From Massalongia carnosa (taxonomy: Eukaryota), in assembly GCA_965645245.1 (NCBI GenBank), contig OZ287075.1, forward strand, positions 1,736,001 to 1,800,000: a stretch of 64,000 bases of DNA, written 5' to 3'. The translations under genes and the position numbers were made by a program. Positions 1-11,968 of this stretch are shown here, piece by piece. The first letter of the stretch is position 1; each line of letters starts with the position of its first letter. The notes beneath the pieces are model-generated. The model was not told where the DNA came from. It did no database searches and saw only the letters and a program-made list of their open reading frames with translations.

Positions 1-10
1 GTTGAAAAGA

Positions 11-59
11 CGAACTTTGCTTTCCGCCGAACTTTGCTTTCCGCCGAACTTTGCTTTCC
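11..59. repeat. 17-bp tandem repeat (CGAACTTTGCTTTCCGC), about 3 copies
   Basis: Read directly from the sequence at the window start. Confidence 0.9.
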
Positions 60-1450
60 CCGACTAGAGGCGAACGCCTCGAGTCGGCACGAGGTAAGCG
101 AGAGACTAGCCGACGATTATCGGTCGGTAGAGAGGTCCCTTATCTAGCCTAACCTAACCTTAACCAACCTCGCCTCACCGACGCAGCCCTGGACCGTCGA
201 GGCTGCATACCGACATACCTCTGTGGGCGCAAGGTAGCCAAAGCAAGTGGGGATGAAAGCGTCATGTACATACATATATAAACGGTCGACTCGACGGAGG
301 GCGGGACGAACTGGGGGGGGGAATGATGCTGAGGCTTATATCCAGATATGTTTACAGTGTAGATAGATCATGTAGAGCATATGCTTGAGTTGGCGTGCAG
401 TTGACTGTGCTCTGGACGGATGCTTTTCCAGCGATGCAACTAGATGGAGATGCGGATTTCATTTCGCCTCGGACGCTCTAACGACTCTGTAGGCGGAAAG
501 CCAAGGGAAGGAGAAGCGATGATCCGATTTCACCCAGAATCGGAACGGAGAGGAAGGATGTGGAAGAGGAACGTGGACCGTCAGGACGACGGAATATAAA
601 ATTACGGAGCATGTACCCCCCTACTCTCCATATTAAACCGATTCCACAAGGAAAGACAAACACAACCACAACATCGTCAAGCCACCCTCATCCTGACCAC
701 CACCCCTCGGACCTGCAACGCTAATGCGATCGTTCCATCGGATCCTTCGGACATCGTCGGTCTGCAGGATCACCATCACCCGCAGATCTGGACAAGGGAG
801 AGGTCAAAGTTTGGCAACGAGCGAGACGTGGCATTTGGTAACCTATCTAGAATGCGAACCCCCCCCGGGCGACGACGACGACGAACGACAGAGGAAAGCA
901 GCAAAAGCGCCAGGTTTCCCCAGGATTGCCCCAGGGAAAAGGGGAAACCAAAGTATGATGTGGGATGTGGATGCACGTCCGTAAGCTCTGCTAATGACGC
1001 GCATCTCCTAGCATAGACCCCTGGCCTCAACGAAGGAAAAAAAACTAACTCGAACCTCCCAACTACATGTGTAACGTGGCGCCAGTGCCGAGATACCGAT
1101 TTCATCAATGACCGTTGGGAGAAGCAGATGAGAAATAAAGGACGCAGAATAGCGCCTGTATCGAACAATATACGTACGCAAAGGGGGAATCATCGCAAAT
1201 GCCCTGCTAAAGCCATCCTTCCCTGCCACAATTGCCCTTCTCATCCTGAATGTACACCGTTGCCGCCCCCCCCCCCAATTGTGCATATTCCGCCTTTGGA
1301 TGCAGCGACCGGTTGAACGAGACCCAATTCTAAAGGAAAGATGAAGAGACCAAACATCGACCCCCTGGTTTCGAAGCAATGATCGGCGCCATAGCGCCGC
1401 GCCAAACGATACATAATGACATTATTTCAAGCACGATCGTGAATGCTTTG

Positions 1451-3139
1451 TCAGCGTCCAAACATGTAATCCGTGAATGGACCGCCTTGCCCGGTCCATG
1501 GGCTGCCAGCTGTGTTTGCAGCCATGGCAGTTACCTGTGGGCTTTTCAAGCCGTTCATGCCAAAAGCGCCGACTCCAAACCCACCACTCATCATACCACC
1601 GCTGATGGGGCTACCCAGGTTATGAATGGAACTATTAGTGAGGCCCCCGTTGCTGGTGAGTCCTGGGGGAGCTGCCAAGCCAGGCGGCGGCCCGTTCGCG
1701 GTGGAAAAGGACTGCATGTTTCCAATTCCATTCAAACCAGGCATTGGACCTTGTGGTGACATTGGCGTCGGAGACCCCATACCCCCGGGTTGGCCCGTAC
1801 GCACACCAAGGGGGTTTTTAGAAAAGCTTAGACGAATCCCCCCTTTGACGCTGTTATGTAATGGATGCCCATACAGCTCGCTGAGTGCTTTAGTAGCAAA
1901 AGATACGTCTTCAAATTCGACAAAACACATTGGTCCGTTTTGTTTAGTTCTAAAGCATAGCCGCTTATATCCCCGCTGTTTGGAAAACATTGCCTTTAGT
2001 TCGTCCTCCGATGTGTCGATTGGCAAATTGCCCACATAGAGTGTGTTACATGGTGGGTTTTGATCCGCCGGATTAACAGGAGGGTAATTATGCCGCTGAT
2101 AATGTTGATTGGCCAGCTGGTACGTAGCGTTTGGTCCAAGGTTGCCAACGCTCGTGGGAGACATTGCTAACGCGGTGCTTTGCAACGGCGCTACCGTTCT
2201 TGGCGAGCTAAATCCCTGTACTGGAGGAGATGCTACGGTGCTGGTGCTAAGGGTGAGACCAGCAAATCGAGATGTTGGTAGCTGGGGGTTGGTGGCGCGT
2301 CGAGACAACTGGCCCATGGACCCGGACAAGTCATTCTTGGCATAAGCAACAGGGTCTTTGAGTAGCTCTCCTGGCTCATCTTCAATACCGTCCTCGCCAA
2401 TGACTGACTTTCCTGAGACGCGTGGGCGCTCACCCAGTGCCGGACCCATGGGAGACTGTGGTGAAAAGAAATTCTGGAAAGAGGAGAGGTTTTCGGGACC
2501 AGAAAGCTCGCCAGTAGTCGTAGGGCCTCCATTAGCATGCCCAGGCGTGCTGTTTGGATGTGGAAGTCGATCCACGGCTGGATAATTGCCGTTGAAACGT
2601 GGTGGCTGTCGTGTAACCTGACCGTTGGAAGAAGCTGTGGAGGAGCTTGAGCTGGTTGCGTTACGGCTTGCAGTCATGTCGAAAGTATTACGTCTTGGTC
2701 CCAATCCTGCTGGTGACAGGCGTAGCACGTCTACAATCATTGGAATTTCATTAGCTGTACTCTGTTTTCCATTGAGCAATGCTCTGGCTTCTTGAGCGGC
2801 GGTAGCGGTTCGAAACCGTGCAATTGCAGATTGATAGCCTTGATCGTCCGGGTACTCGGGTGGAATAAAATCCGCGCTGACAAAATCTTTGGCAAACAAG
2901 AACATGGTACGCAGGGCCTCACTACTCGTGTGCCGTGGCAATTTGCGCATCAGGATCGCTGACACCAATTCTGGCTCACCATGCCCGTTCATCCTCTCAG
3001 ATCCAATGGGAAGGTTCGAACCGGCCATATCTGTATCGAATGGATTTGGTTGACTCAAAGGCGAGATGGTTTGCGCAGACGACAGTCTGTAGGGTGGTAG
3101 ATTCTGCCCGCTAGATAGCATGAAGGCTTCGGCCGCCAT
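1451..3139 (-). CDS. whi3: Whi3/Scw1-family RRM RNA-binding protein (562 aa)
   Basis: The C-terminal [16 protein letters not shown]...[21 protein letters not shown]...[15 protein letters not shown] is the Whi3/Scw1 signature. There is also a degenerate N-terminal RRM-like segment and S/P/G/N-rich low-complexity linkers. Confidence 0.93.
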   Translation of the reverse strand: MAAEAFMLSSGQNLPPYRLSSAQTISPLSQPNPFDTDMAGSNLPIGSERMNGHGEPELVSAILMRKLPRHTSSEALRTMFLFAKDFVSADFIPPEYPDDQGYQSAIARFRTATAAQEARALLNGKQSTANEIPMIVDVLRLSPAGLGPRRNTFDMTASRNATSSSSSTASSNGQVTRQPPRFNGNYPAVDRLPHPNSTPGHANGGPTTTGELSGPENLSSFQNFFSPQSPMGPALGERPRVSGKSVIGEDGIEDEPGELLKDPVAYAKNDLSGSMGQLSRRATNPQLPTSRFAGLTLSTSTVASPPVQGFSSPRTVAPLQSTALAMSPTSVGNLGPNATYQLANQHYQRHNYPPVNPADQNPPCNTLYVGNLPIDTSEDELKAMFSKQRGYKRLCFRTKQNGPMCFVEFEDVSFATKALSELYGHPLHNSVKGGIRLSFSKNPLGVRTGQPGGMGSPTPMSPQGPMPGLNGIGNMQSFSTANGPPPGLAAPPGLTSNGGLTNSSIHNLGSPISGGMMSGGFGVGAFGMNGLKSPQVTAMAANTAGSPWTGQGGPFTDYMFGR

Positions 3140-3250
3140 CTATCGGCAACGAGCGCCAGCAGTTGAATTGATAGGAAGTTTTTCTAAAGTAGCAACCTCA
3201 GCCTTCACAAGAGTAATGAGAGGTGGTTGGGTGCGCGGATGGATAGGCAT
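3140..3250 (-). promoter_or_regulatory. 36-aa uORF in frame with whi3, whose TAG directly precedes the whi3 ATG
   Basis: The minus strand reads ATG CCT ATC...TGC CGA TAG ATG GCG (MPIHPRTQPPLITLVKAEVATLEKLPINSTAGARCR*M), 111 nt. Function is inferred only. Confidence 0.45.
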
Positions 3251-4470
3251 AGGAAGATTCCACGGCGGTTCGTTGGAGAGTTTCCGACAGCTTCACACCC
3301 CCGCGAGAATCGCGTAGACAATCTTTGGTCGCGTAAGGATTGCCAAAAAACGTTGCGTTGTGTGTAAATTACTATTGCAGAAATCACCCAAGATCAGTGG
3401 GGACATGGATTTCGTTGAAGCAAAGCAATATGATGGCGGTCTTCAATAGCAATAGGTTGTGTGCTGTATAACATACCGTTACGAATGCGCGTTATTGAAG
3501 ATGAATAGCTTGATGTCGCGCAAAACCGATGGATCTGTAGGGCTGTGCCAAGGTACAACCCGCCGGGATGGTAGACAGCCTGTGCGATGCGACTGAAGAT
3601 TAGAAACGAGAGTAAACAGACGATTGCAGCGGTGACCAAAGCGACACCAGTCCGAGAAGAGGTGCGCTTGAGGAAGTATGACACCGAAATGCGACCGGAG
3701 TGGGGGAAAAGGATGTGGAGGAGAGTTTTGGGCGAGGTCGGCGAGGAAGGTTGAGGTGGAAATGGGGTAGAGCTACTGTGGGTGGGCAATCGGCAGGGAT
3801 CTCTGACGACGATTCGATAACGGATGGCCGTTGATTCGCGCAATTGCGTTTCTTTGAGTCGAAGCACCGCGCTGAGGGTTTTTCTCACCAGATGGCGTGC
3901 GCACGCTCCTAAAGTCGCGTTGAGAAAATGGCGATGTTCTTGGTGATAAGACACAATGTGCTACATAGAGAGTCCCGCTGCCATTGTTTGTTTGAGGGAG
4001 CTTTGAGATGAGGGAAATTATGAAGGGCGAATGGACCAATAATGTGAGTTGAGTCTTCCTGGCGAGGGGGATCCGCCGGGACTCGATGTTAGTCTAGGTA
4101 CAGACCTGTGGGGCTAATGATTGGTAGTGATTGCAAAAGACGACAAGACACAGACGGCACAACGAGGAATGACTCGCTATCGGGGGATCTAGCAGATGTG
4201 ATGATTGAACTTGGGGATGATAATGACAATGATGCCTTGGTATCATTCCTCTTCTCGGTGAGGATATTTCGATGTTTAGTGATGAAAGGAAAGAGGGAGT
4301 TTGAAGGCTGCTTTTTTGGTTTTGTTGCTTTTGTGGAGAGCGAGTAACGTGGGTAAAGGTATCGGATCAGGTATCAAACATCAAGTATCATAAGTCACGC
4401 TAAGAGCATTCCTCGGCACTCTCCTTTCAAAACTCTCGTTCGTCTATCAAAAATATCCCAATTTCCAATA

Positions 4471-4536
4471 ATACAACCCATACAGTTCATACAGCTCATA
4501 CAGTTCATACAACCCATACAATCATACAATCCATAC
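4471..4536. repeat. Degenerate 9-bp minisatellite (CATACARYY) upstream of whi3
   Basis: About 7 units: catacagtt/catacagct/catacaacc/catacaatc. Confidence 0.85.
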
Positions 4537-7519
4537 TCCGTGCTCTCTTTCTTGGACGCGGGCACAGTTAGGGCTACGAGAAATTGCACGTTGTCGTCAT
4601 CGGCATATGTCGTCACGGCATCAAAGAAACTGCGGCGCATCTCATATTCTTCGTGTCTTCGTGTCTCAGAGGAAGGGGTTTGGACAACAGCTGCCGCAAT
4701 GGAGTAAGTCCTTCCTTTTCGCACAGCACATACCTCTATACCGGGTGTTGGCTTCGCAATTTCCACCACCCTATTTTCTAGGGTGCCCCAAGCTTCTACT
4801 TCTTCTTCATCCTACAGAGTACCGAGTACAGAGAGCAGAGTATCTTCAGAGGAGAGGCTGTACTTGGATGGCACCACCCATGCAGCGTTACTCAATCCTT
4901 TTTGCGTTGGCGCCCCACCATGCCGAGATGCCGAATACAAGCGCTGAACGTGAACTGGTGAACGGGGTCACTCACTACTTACGGGTCCCTATTGCCGGAC
5001 TCCGGACAGAGAGCAACTGGACAGAGCATGTGATCTCTCTGCTGCAGATCGCCACGCCAAAAGGAACACCAATCCACCTCGTTTTGCTGGACATCCCTTG
5101 CGTTCTCGTCAATGGCCAGTCATCGGCCATCCATCACTCCGCAAAGTTTCGTCCTTTCATGCCTCTGCCCCGCCATCAAGCTCAAGCCCAAAAAAATTGA
5201 GTTTCGGTTCCGGTAGATTTAATCCTTACCATCGTCGATGACGCCAAAGCAAAAAATCTTCCCCGCCTTGCCGTCTCACTCGCTGGTTTCTGACTAGGCC
5301 TAACACCCCTGCTGGGCGCTAAAACACAGTCTAAGGCCGAGAAGAGCCCTCACAGCCCAAGGCAGCCCTGAGCGGTCCACGCTAAAACCGGCAGCATGTC
5401 CAAGCCTCCATCCTTCAGCCGTGTTGACGAGCCAGTGACAGCGGGAAATTTCAACACAAACCTACTAGGCTTGCCTAACTACATCAGTGGCGCCACTATG
5501 CAGTACCGAACTGCTGGGTGCTGGGATGCTCGGAACGCTATTTTGGCTCGGGCTACATCACAAGACGAACGATGGTGATGAACCAGTGGAACGCAGAGGC
5601 TCTGAAACCTCGCCGCCCCTCAAATCACCGAGGTGCTAGGCAACGTTGAAAAGTTCCGTATGAGTGATAGGAAATAGTAGAACATGACCCAGCTATCTTA
5701 CCAGCGAGCAACTCCACAGAGAACCTGGGGAATATGCCGTATGATTGCTGTTTGGCCTCGGTTACTCAGCAGCGGCACGAACCCTCAATGTCAAGGTTAG
5801 GTGGACCAGCGGCTTTCTTCTCCGCCTATAACGAGTCCTACCCACTATCTGGAATCGTCATTTTCGAAACAGTATCTTTTTCAAATTCATGTCCAAGCTA
5901 TGCCATGTAGAAGCTTCGGATTTGACGTAATGCCGCTATGATTAACCATGACAAAAACTCTAGCACCCAGAGATCATTACGAATATAACAAAACCAATGC
6001 AGCATTTCAAACTTTCCGTCCTTGATGACACGTTTGTAATGGCAAAGTATATGGTATAGAAAGTCATGTATAGGAACGTCTAGCGATGTTGGAGGTATCT
6101 TCTATCTCGTTCATTCATGCTCCCGTCCAACGAAATCCTAATTGGGTTGGTTATGTTCATCCAAGGAGAAAGGAAGAGAGTTGTTTCCTATACTTTCTAT
6201 AGTCTCTATGTTTGCTTCAGTCGAACGTTAAGATATTGAGAAAGTCACTGGAGAGCTTGGCCGTTTGAATACCTCGGTTATTTTATAATCTTTTGTTTAG
6301 ATGCATCGAGAAATACTTTCGTACCTATCTTAGGTCAATGCCTTTTTCCTCATCTTCTCTACTCTCGCTCCGCCCAAAGATCAAGCTTCAATTGCATCAT
6401 GAAGGATTTCGGTCAACCTAGAATGCCAAGGTGAGTTGCGTTGGTCAAGGAATTGGATGCACGTCCACCCTTGTCTAACGGGCTTACGCCACGACTTCCC
6501 ATTTTGCTATCTGCTCAGCCGTCTGCTCGGTTACTCGGCCAGCTATCCAACCATCTAGGTAAAGGAGACAGAAAGGCGCTGATGGTAACAGTTCGATCGC
6601 AGATGGCCAATCGTTTGAGATGCATTGCAAAGTAAATGGCTGGATGGCTGGATAGCTAGAGCAATGTCAGGGTGTACATGCATAGCAACAGCATGGACAT
6701 TGTTTCAATGACCTTGAACAGCATCGATAAGGACTGTCCACTGGTAAAGATAAGTAAAGCGGAGACTAATCTCCTAACTTGCTGAGTAAACAGACAGCCT
6801 CGCATCGGACAGAGCAATAACGCAAGTGCAAGACTAATACGAGCAAGGTTAAAAAGTATGCTGAGTTGGCTGGACACCCTCCCTTTGGGCAAATTCATCT
6901 TAGACGAAAAAAATACCATTGGGTTAAATGAACCCATATCATAAGCTCCCATCCCTTGAACGATACAGCACCCCGTATAGCAAGTTCTGATTAAACCATT
7001 GACCTCTTTCTACTCCACATTGCTAATAATCCACCAATACTAAAGACGAGAGTAGAGTACATCTAGATTGGGTTTCGGTGTACTGATAGCCCCCATCAGA
7101 TGACGGACGCCGGCAGAATCCCGTGAGATTCTCATTGGACATACGGCTTTCAATCAAAGCGTTTCCTCTCTCCCAACGGCAAATCCCCAATCCGCGTACG
7201 TATATGCTACGTGCCGGTTATCAAAACGTGCATCACGAGCACGAATATCACCGACGACAATCCTGAAGGCATTCGGTGACCCCACAGCTTCATTTCTTGA
7301 TAGTGCAGTCCGAAAACCCCGAGGATCTACCTTTGGACTTTCGCTTGAAGCCTGATGGTGGAACATAACATAGCATGGCTTTTGTCTCTAGAGGTTATTT
7401 TCACCCTGTATAGTCATAACAGTTTAGTTTCTAGCAGCCGGCATTTCCGCAGGTCAGATCGATGTTTGAATTAATCATTGTCATTATCATCATGATGCAC
7501 AAATACCATCTTCTCTTCA

Positions 7520-8031
7520 TCAATTCCTATGAAAAGAACAAAGAGGAGCAGTGTTTCGAGATGCTGACAGAGAGACATATCGGATGCGAGGCCCTTCAAC
7601 GCAGAAGAGCATATCAGCTCCCATGCCGTTCTCATCAACCATTACCTCTACCACTTGCCATCAAGTGGCCACGTAATCCTCTCGAGGAGATGAATATGCA
7701 GGTTTGGAACCCAGGTCCCAATATATCCTCTCCGGCAGCAAATGGCACCTGCGGTGCCGCACACGATGAGCGTTGTTTCAGTTGTTGCCATAGGCAATTC
7801 CGACGATGCCGAACTCTTTGTGAAAGGTTGCGGAGTTCGATTTGATTTATCTGGCTCTAGATAGGCTACCGACGAAGCCTTTGATAAGGTCGGCCCCAAG
7901 ACTTTGGGTGCCGGCCGGGCCTTCGAACTTGATATTCATTGTGGAAGGATTGGTGATGAACGGCGTACAGCTAGGCTCGAGGAAAGCAGTGCCATAGGAT
8001 GAATAAGGGGGGGAGCAAAGAGAGAGATCAT
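7520..8031 (-). pseudogene. Possible disrupted small secreted Cys-containing protein gene
   Basis: Hydrophobic start (MISLFAPPLIHPMALLSSSLA) followed by an early stop, then a Ser/Thr linker and VCGTAGAICCRRG in ORF 7648-7899, then a possible GC-AG intron. Weak evidence. Confidence 0.25.
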
Positions 8032-8151
8032 GAGGGTTAGGGTTGCCTTTCCGTTCTAGATGATGGTCTTAGCTGATCCTTTTTCTATTTCCTTTAGGGG
8101 TGCTTGAAATGGGCAATGGGTGATGTGAGTGAGAAAAACCGAATAAAAGAT

Positions 8152-8295
8152 TTCTCCGTTTAGTTCAAGTCAAAAGCCTATCCCTTACGCAGGTGATTTG
8201 GCAACCCTCATCACGAATAAAAATATTCTACATACAGTTTGAGCGGTGGTTGCCAAATTACCAGCGGGAGGGATAACCAACAACTAAAGGGGGAA
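8152..8295. repeat. Imperfect long inverted repeat, MITE-like foldback
   Basis: Inner arms 8179-8206 and 8248-8275 match at 24/28 and have TA at the outer ends. Outer arms 8152-8165 and 8282-8295 match at 12/14. Confidence 0.7.
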
Positions 8296-9317
8296 TGCTC
8301 CTCCATTATCATGTCTATTTTAAATGACCATTTGTGGTCTCTCCAACATCTTCACCATAATCAACTGTGAGATGTAAATACTACGGGTGGAAGGAAAAGG
8401 GGAGAGGGTAACCAAGAGCACCGACCGAACCTACCTTATCAGTGGCCTACCTACTTCCTGGGTAGGTACCTAGAATGAAGCCTTGAGAAGGGTGAGTTCA
8501 GCTACCTGTTGGTTGTTGGGATTATCATTGGGCCATGCCAATAGGTAGGTGGTTGACAAGGGTGATACCCGCAACGGTAACTTGACCAGATTGAGGTTTC
8601 GGGGCTAGAGCGTCGGGATGCCGAAGGATTTTCATTTTACCGGGAACGAGTTGGGAAGGTATTTGGTCTGCGATTCGATAATCTGAAATTTTGACAGTAC
8701 GACAGAGATAGTTCATTCATTTCTGAACTGTTATAGCTGGTTTCTGAGTAATGCTCAAGTGTCTACTAAATATGAAGTACTCAGTAGTTACTGGCGTTCC
8801 TATTAATATGCTTTTTCTGTTCTCTAACAGCCATTGGGCTTTCTTCTCGTATGATGGATGAGGCCACCAATGGAATGTTGGAAAGGATCTGAAAAAGACA
8901 AACGCTCGGACAGCATCGTAACTTATGGGACTAATGCAAGGCTAGTTAACTTCAATGGAGTTTCGACGTTTTCTGTCCCGCTTCTTTCGGATTGTTTCTG
9001 GCTTTGGATTGATTGTTTGATTATAAAGCTTCACCGCAAAATGCGTAGAATGATGAGGAAACGCTCAAGTATTCTACGGCCTGTTGATTAATCTCGAAGT
9101 GAGCTGCTTTCTGCTTTTCAAGCTAAGTATCCGAATCTTCAGGGACCCGTCGGCGCATGACTGCCACCAATGTTTCGACTCTGCCGGTGCAGCGCAGTTC
9201 CAAGGCAAGGGGTAGGAACTTTGGACCTCATTGTTCCGTATATCTTATACAAAATCATCATGCTGTCTCTGCTCCAAATTCATTTCCCCAATTTTCTTTC
9301 ATTCTTCTACCAACAGA

Positions 9318-10208
9318 ATGAAGTTATTACTTTTTATCAACGCTTACTTCGTTGTGCTTAATCTCGTCTATGCGCTTCCCAAAGCTCACAAGGACTTCAG
9401 TGAAGCCGATGATTGCGTCGTAAACGAAAGCCAAGGTCACCTCGTGCCGGGCAACGCTGTGAACTCTGGGTCCTCACCGGAAAAAAGCCTGAAGCAGCAT
9501 CGAGGAAGTTGCAGATTTGAGACTGCAGTCTTCTCAGACTGCATGGACTGGGTATCATTTGATGCTTCTTGTAGTCCATATGGTATGCAAATATTATCTT
9601 ACACAGCTCAAAATTGTGATTTCTTCCTAGCCGATATCTCCACTTGCTTTGGAAATAACTTATGCCTAGAATTCTACCACCTAACATGTTGCGCCAAAAT
9701 CCCATGCGCGACCCCCTATGAAAACAGTTTTTGCCGGGACACGAGGAAGAAGTGGCAATACGGACCATTTCCTTGGGTGGAGGGAGAATTCATTGAGTAT
9801 GCCTGTTTTTCAGTTTCTTTCCCCTTGCTTTCCCTTTATCATTTACCTGCTGCTGAAAAAAACTTGAACAGCGACCCCCGGCTGTGTATAGGTGAAGGTA
9901 TTCGGTGTTTCCTACGGCCCAACGACCCTAGACCGGGAGCTTACGTGCACCCCGCCAATGCACCTGACTATAGAGCGGAGTCGACTCTTACGCCAAATCT
10001 AGATGATACAAGTTTAGAAGGGGACTTAAATTCCGACGAGATTCCCATCGAAGCGCAATATAGACCAAGCGCCATCAATTCTAAAGAGATTAATGCAGAT
10101 TTTACTTATCCTCCTGCAGGATCAAACCCTCTTAGCGATATAGCGGCATTTGGGTACAGAGCAACCGATGAGAGCGGATACTCAGAATTCGTCGGACAGT
10201 CGTCGTAG
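9318..10208 (+). CDS. Small secreted cysteine-rich protein (effector-like), probably with 2 in-frame introns
   Basis: Signal peptide MKLLLFINAYFVVLNLVYA-LP, a Cys-rich core (...TCCAKIPC...FC...LC...RCF) and an acidic tail. Candidate introns GTATGC..TAG 9583-9630 (48 nt) and GTATGC..CAG 9797-9871 (75 nt) are both 3n and stop-free. Confidence 0.7.
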   Translation: MKLLLFINAYFVVLNLVYALPKAHKDFSEADDCVVNESQGHLVPGNAVNSGSSPEKSLKQHRGSCRFETAVFSDCMDWVSFDASCSPYGMQILSYTAQNCDFFLADISTCFGNNLCLEFYHLTCCAKIPCATPYENSFCRDTRKKWQYGPFPWVEGEFIEYACFSVSFPLLSLYHLPAAEKNLNSDPRLCIGEGIRCFLRPNDPRPGAYVHPANAPDYRAESTLTPNLDDTSLEGDLNSDEIPIEAQYRPSAINSKEINADFTYPPAGSNPLSDIAAFGYRATDESGYSEFVGQSS

Positions 10209-11822
10209 CTCTTTCCTCAGGTTCGACATTCGTCCAGGTGAACAATGTATGTCAGAAAATCGTGAGGCGCCTGGGAGAGTATGGTCAAATATAATGTAGT
10301 TATCCCTCGGTTGTTCACCGGCTTTCTCTGGGACCCCCTTCTAAACCACGTGGCGGTTTCAGCTGGGCGGTTTTGCAGAACCAAGGACTTGGACATGGAG
10401 CCTGCAGGTCATGGAACGCGTGTAACTTTTGACTGCAGATTGTGGGAGAGGAAGGGGGGAGAGAAGGAGGGGTGGGTTGGGGGATTGTGGTTGTGAGCCA
10501 GTCATAGCTCCTAATCTCCCACGACTTATGTGTGCTAGTGAGGTAAACCGGATATCTTGCTCCAACCGCTGCATCTATTCCTCTAATTTTCCTCTGTAAC
10601 CTCTAGGTATACACACACATACACAAATTGTCATCCCGTCCCCCAACATAACCCTTTACGATTGCCTCTCCCTCAAATATCTTTCCCAACCCCCCCGCTG
10701 TGATTTCCCCTCGCAAAAAAACTACCCTCCCCCCCCAAAAATACCTAAACCTAACCTCTTCCTCTTCCTCCTCTTCCCTTTCCCAACCATCTCTAAAAAT
10801 GAACTATAAATAATCCCCGCCAAGTATTACGCTGAATGCAATACTAAGAAATCTAGGAGAAAGGGGGAGGGGTTCTCGAGGAATCGAGAGCGAAAGGGAA
10901 GGAAAGGATGAAAGACAGCAGCAGTGCAAGGGAAGGGAGTAGAAACAAGTGAAAGTGAAACGATAAACAACAATAACAATAACGGATGGAGTTATAATAG
11001 TCTCAAGAACTGCGGTACGGTATGTACGTATGCATATCAAAGAAGCACTCAGGATAGGTATGGTAGTATCTAGTTGGTTAAGTGACGCACCTCACCCCTC
11101 CCCCACGGGGAGAAGAAAACGTCTGAAAAGAAATTCTAAAGTACATATGTCGAAAAAGACAAAAGCCAAAAGCCCGCGAATAGACCCACGGACTGACGGA
11201 CTGACCGAGTGATTGACCGAGCAATTCAGTGAGCGAGTGAGTATGATACCCAAACAGCCACTCCAGAGAACGGGGCATTTATGAGAAAGAGGGGGGGGGA
11301 GGGGAATATTCGAAACAGAACTGAATGTTTGTGGCTGGTTGGTGGGCCTTTTTATTTTTTAATATATTTTTTTGGAACTTGGGGGTCTGGGGAAGGGGGA
11401 GGGTTGGGGAGGTGGGGATAGTGGGGATGGGAATGGGATGGAGAGGATGAATTTGTAGGGGTAGGGGGGTAAAGGTGTTTTATTTTTATTTTTTTATTAA
11501 TTCATTAAGCGTATGCATCCTGAGGATATGACGCTGTGACTGCTATTTATGTACATAAACAACAGTCAGGAAGTGGAAACCTGGCCCCCAGGGTAAAACC
11601 ACTCCCTTGTTCCATGTTGAACGCAACGAGACCGTCCTTCTACCACGCGGTGCATACACCCAGATCTTCAAGCGCTAGGAATCCTATAGACTCGATGAAC
11701 TAGACAGTGTATTTCCACACGTTCGACGAACGTTCTCTCTCTTTAAACGTTTTGATTCAATGGAGGAAAGACTGGCCGTGATCGAGGGCAGATCGTGGTG
11801 TCGTATAAATGAAGGTGTGTGA

Positions 11823-11968
11823 GTGTGGCCATTCTAAATGAATGGGCTTTTTCGATGTGGTGAAAGGCTTCCGCCTGAGGGGTGTGGCCATTCCGAATGA
11901 ATGGGCTTTTTCGATGAGGTGAAAGGCTTCCGCCTGAGGGGTGTGGCCATTCCGAATGAATGGGCTTT
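11823..11968. repeat. 59-bp tandem repeat, about 2.5 copies
   Basis: Unit GTGTGGCCATTCCGAATGAATGGGCTTTTTCGATGAGGTGAAAGGCTTCCGCCTGAGGG starts at 11823, 11882 and 11941. Confidence 0.92.

Noticed and set aside
145..170. CCTAAC/CTTAAC telomere-like motifs (also near 10745 and 62425)
   Set aside because: Only 2-3 degenerate units; not an array.
478..1379. Several short overlapping ORFs downstream of whi3
   Set aside because: No recognisable motifs or splice structure; probably UTR or intergenic.
4395..4769. ORF with a CMGCMNCMSCMNCMGC metallothionein-like run
   Set aside because: It is the translation of a 9-bp minisatellite, with no other coding support.
11823..11968. CRISPR-like repeat with a palindrome
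   Set aside because: The 'spacers' are near-identical, the context is eukaryotic and there are no cas genes; it is a tandem repeat.
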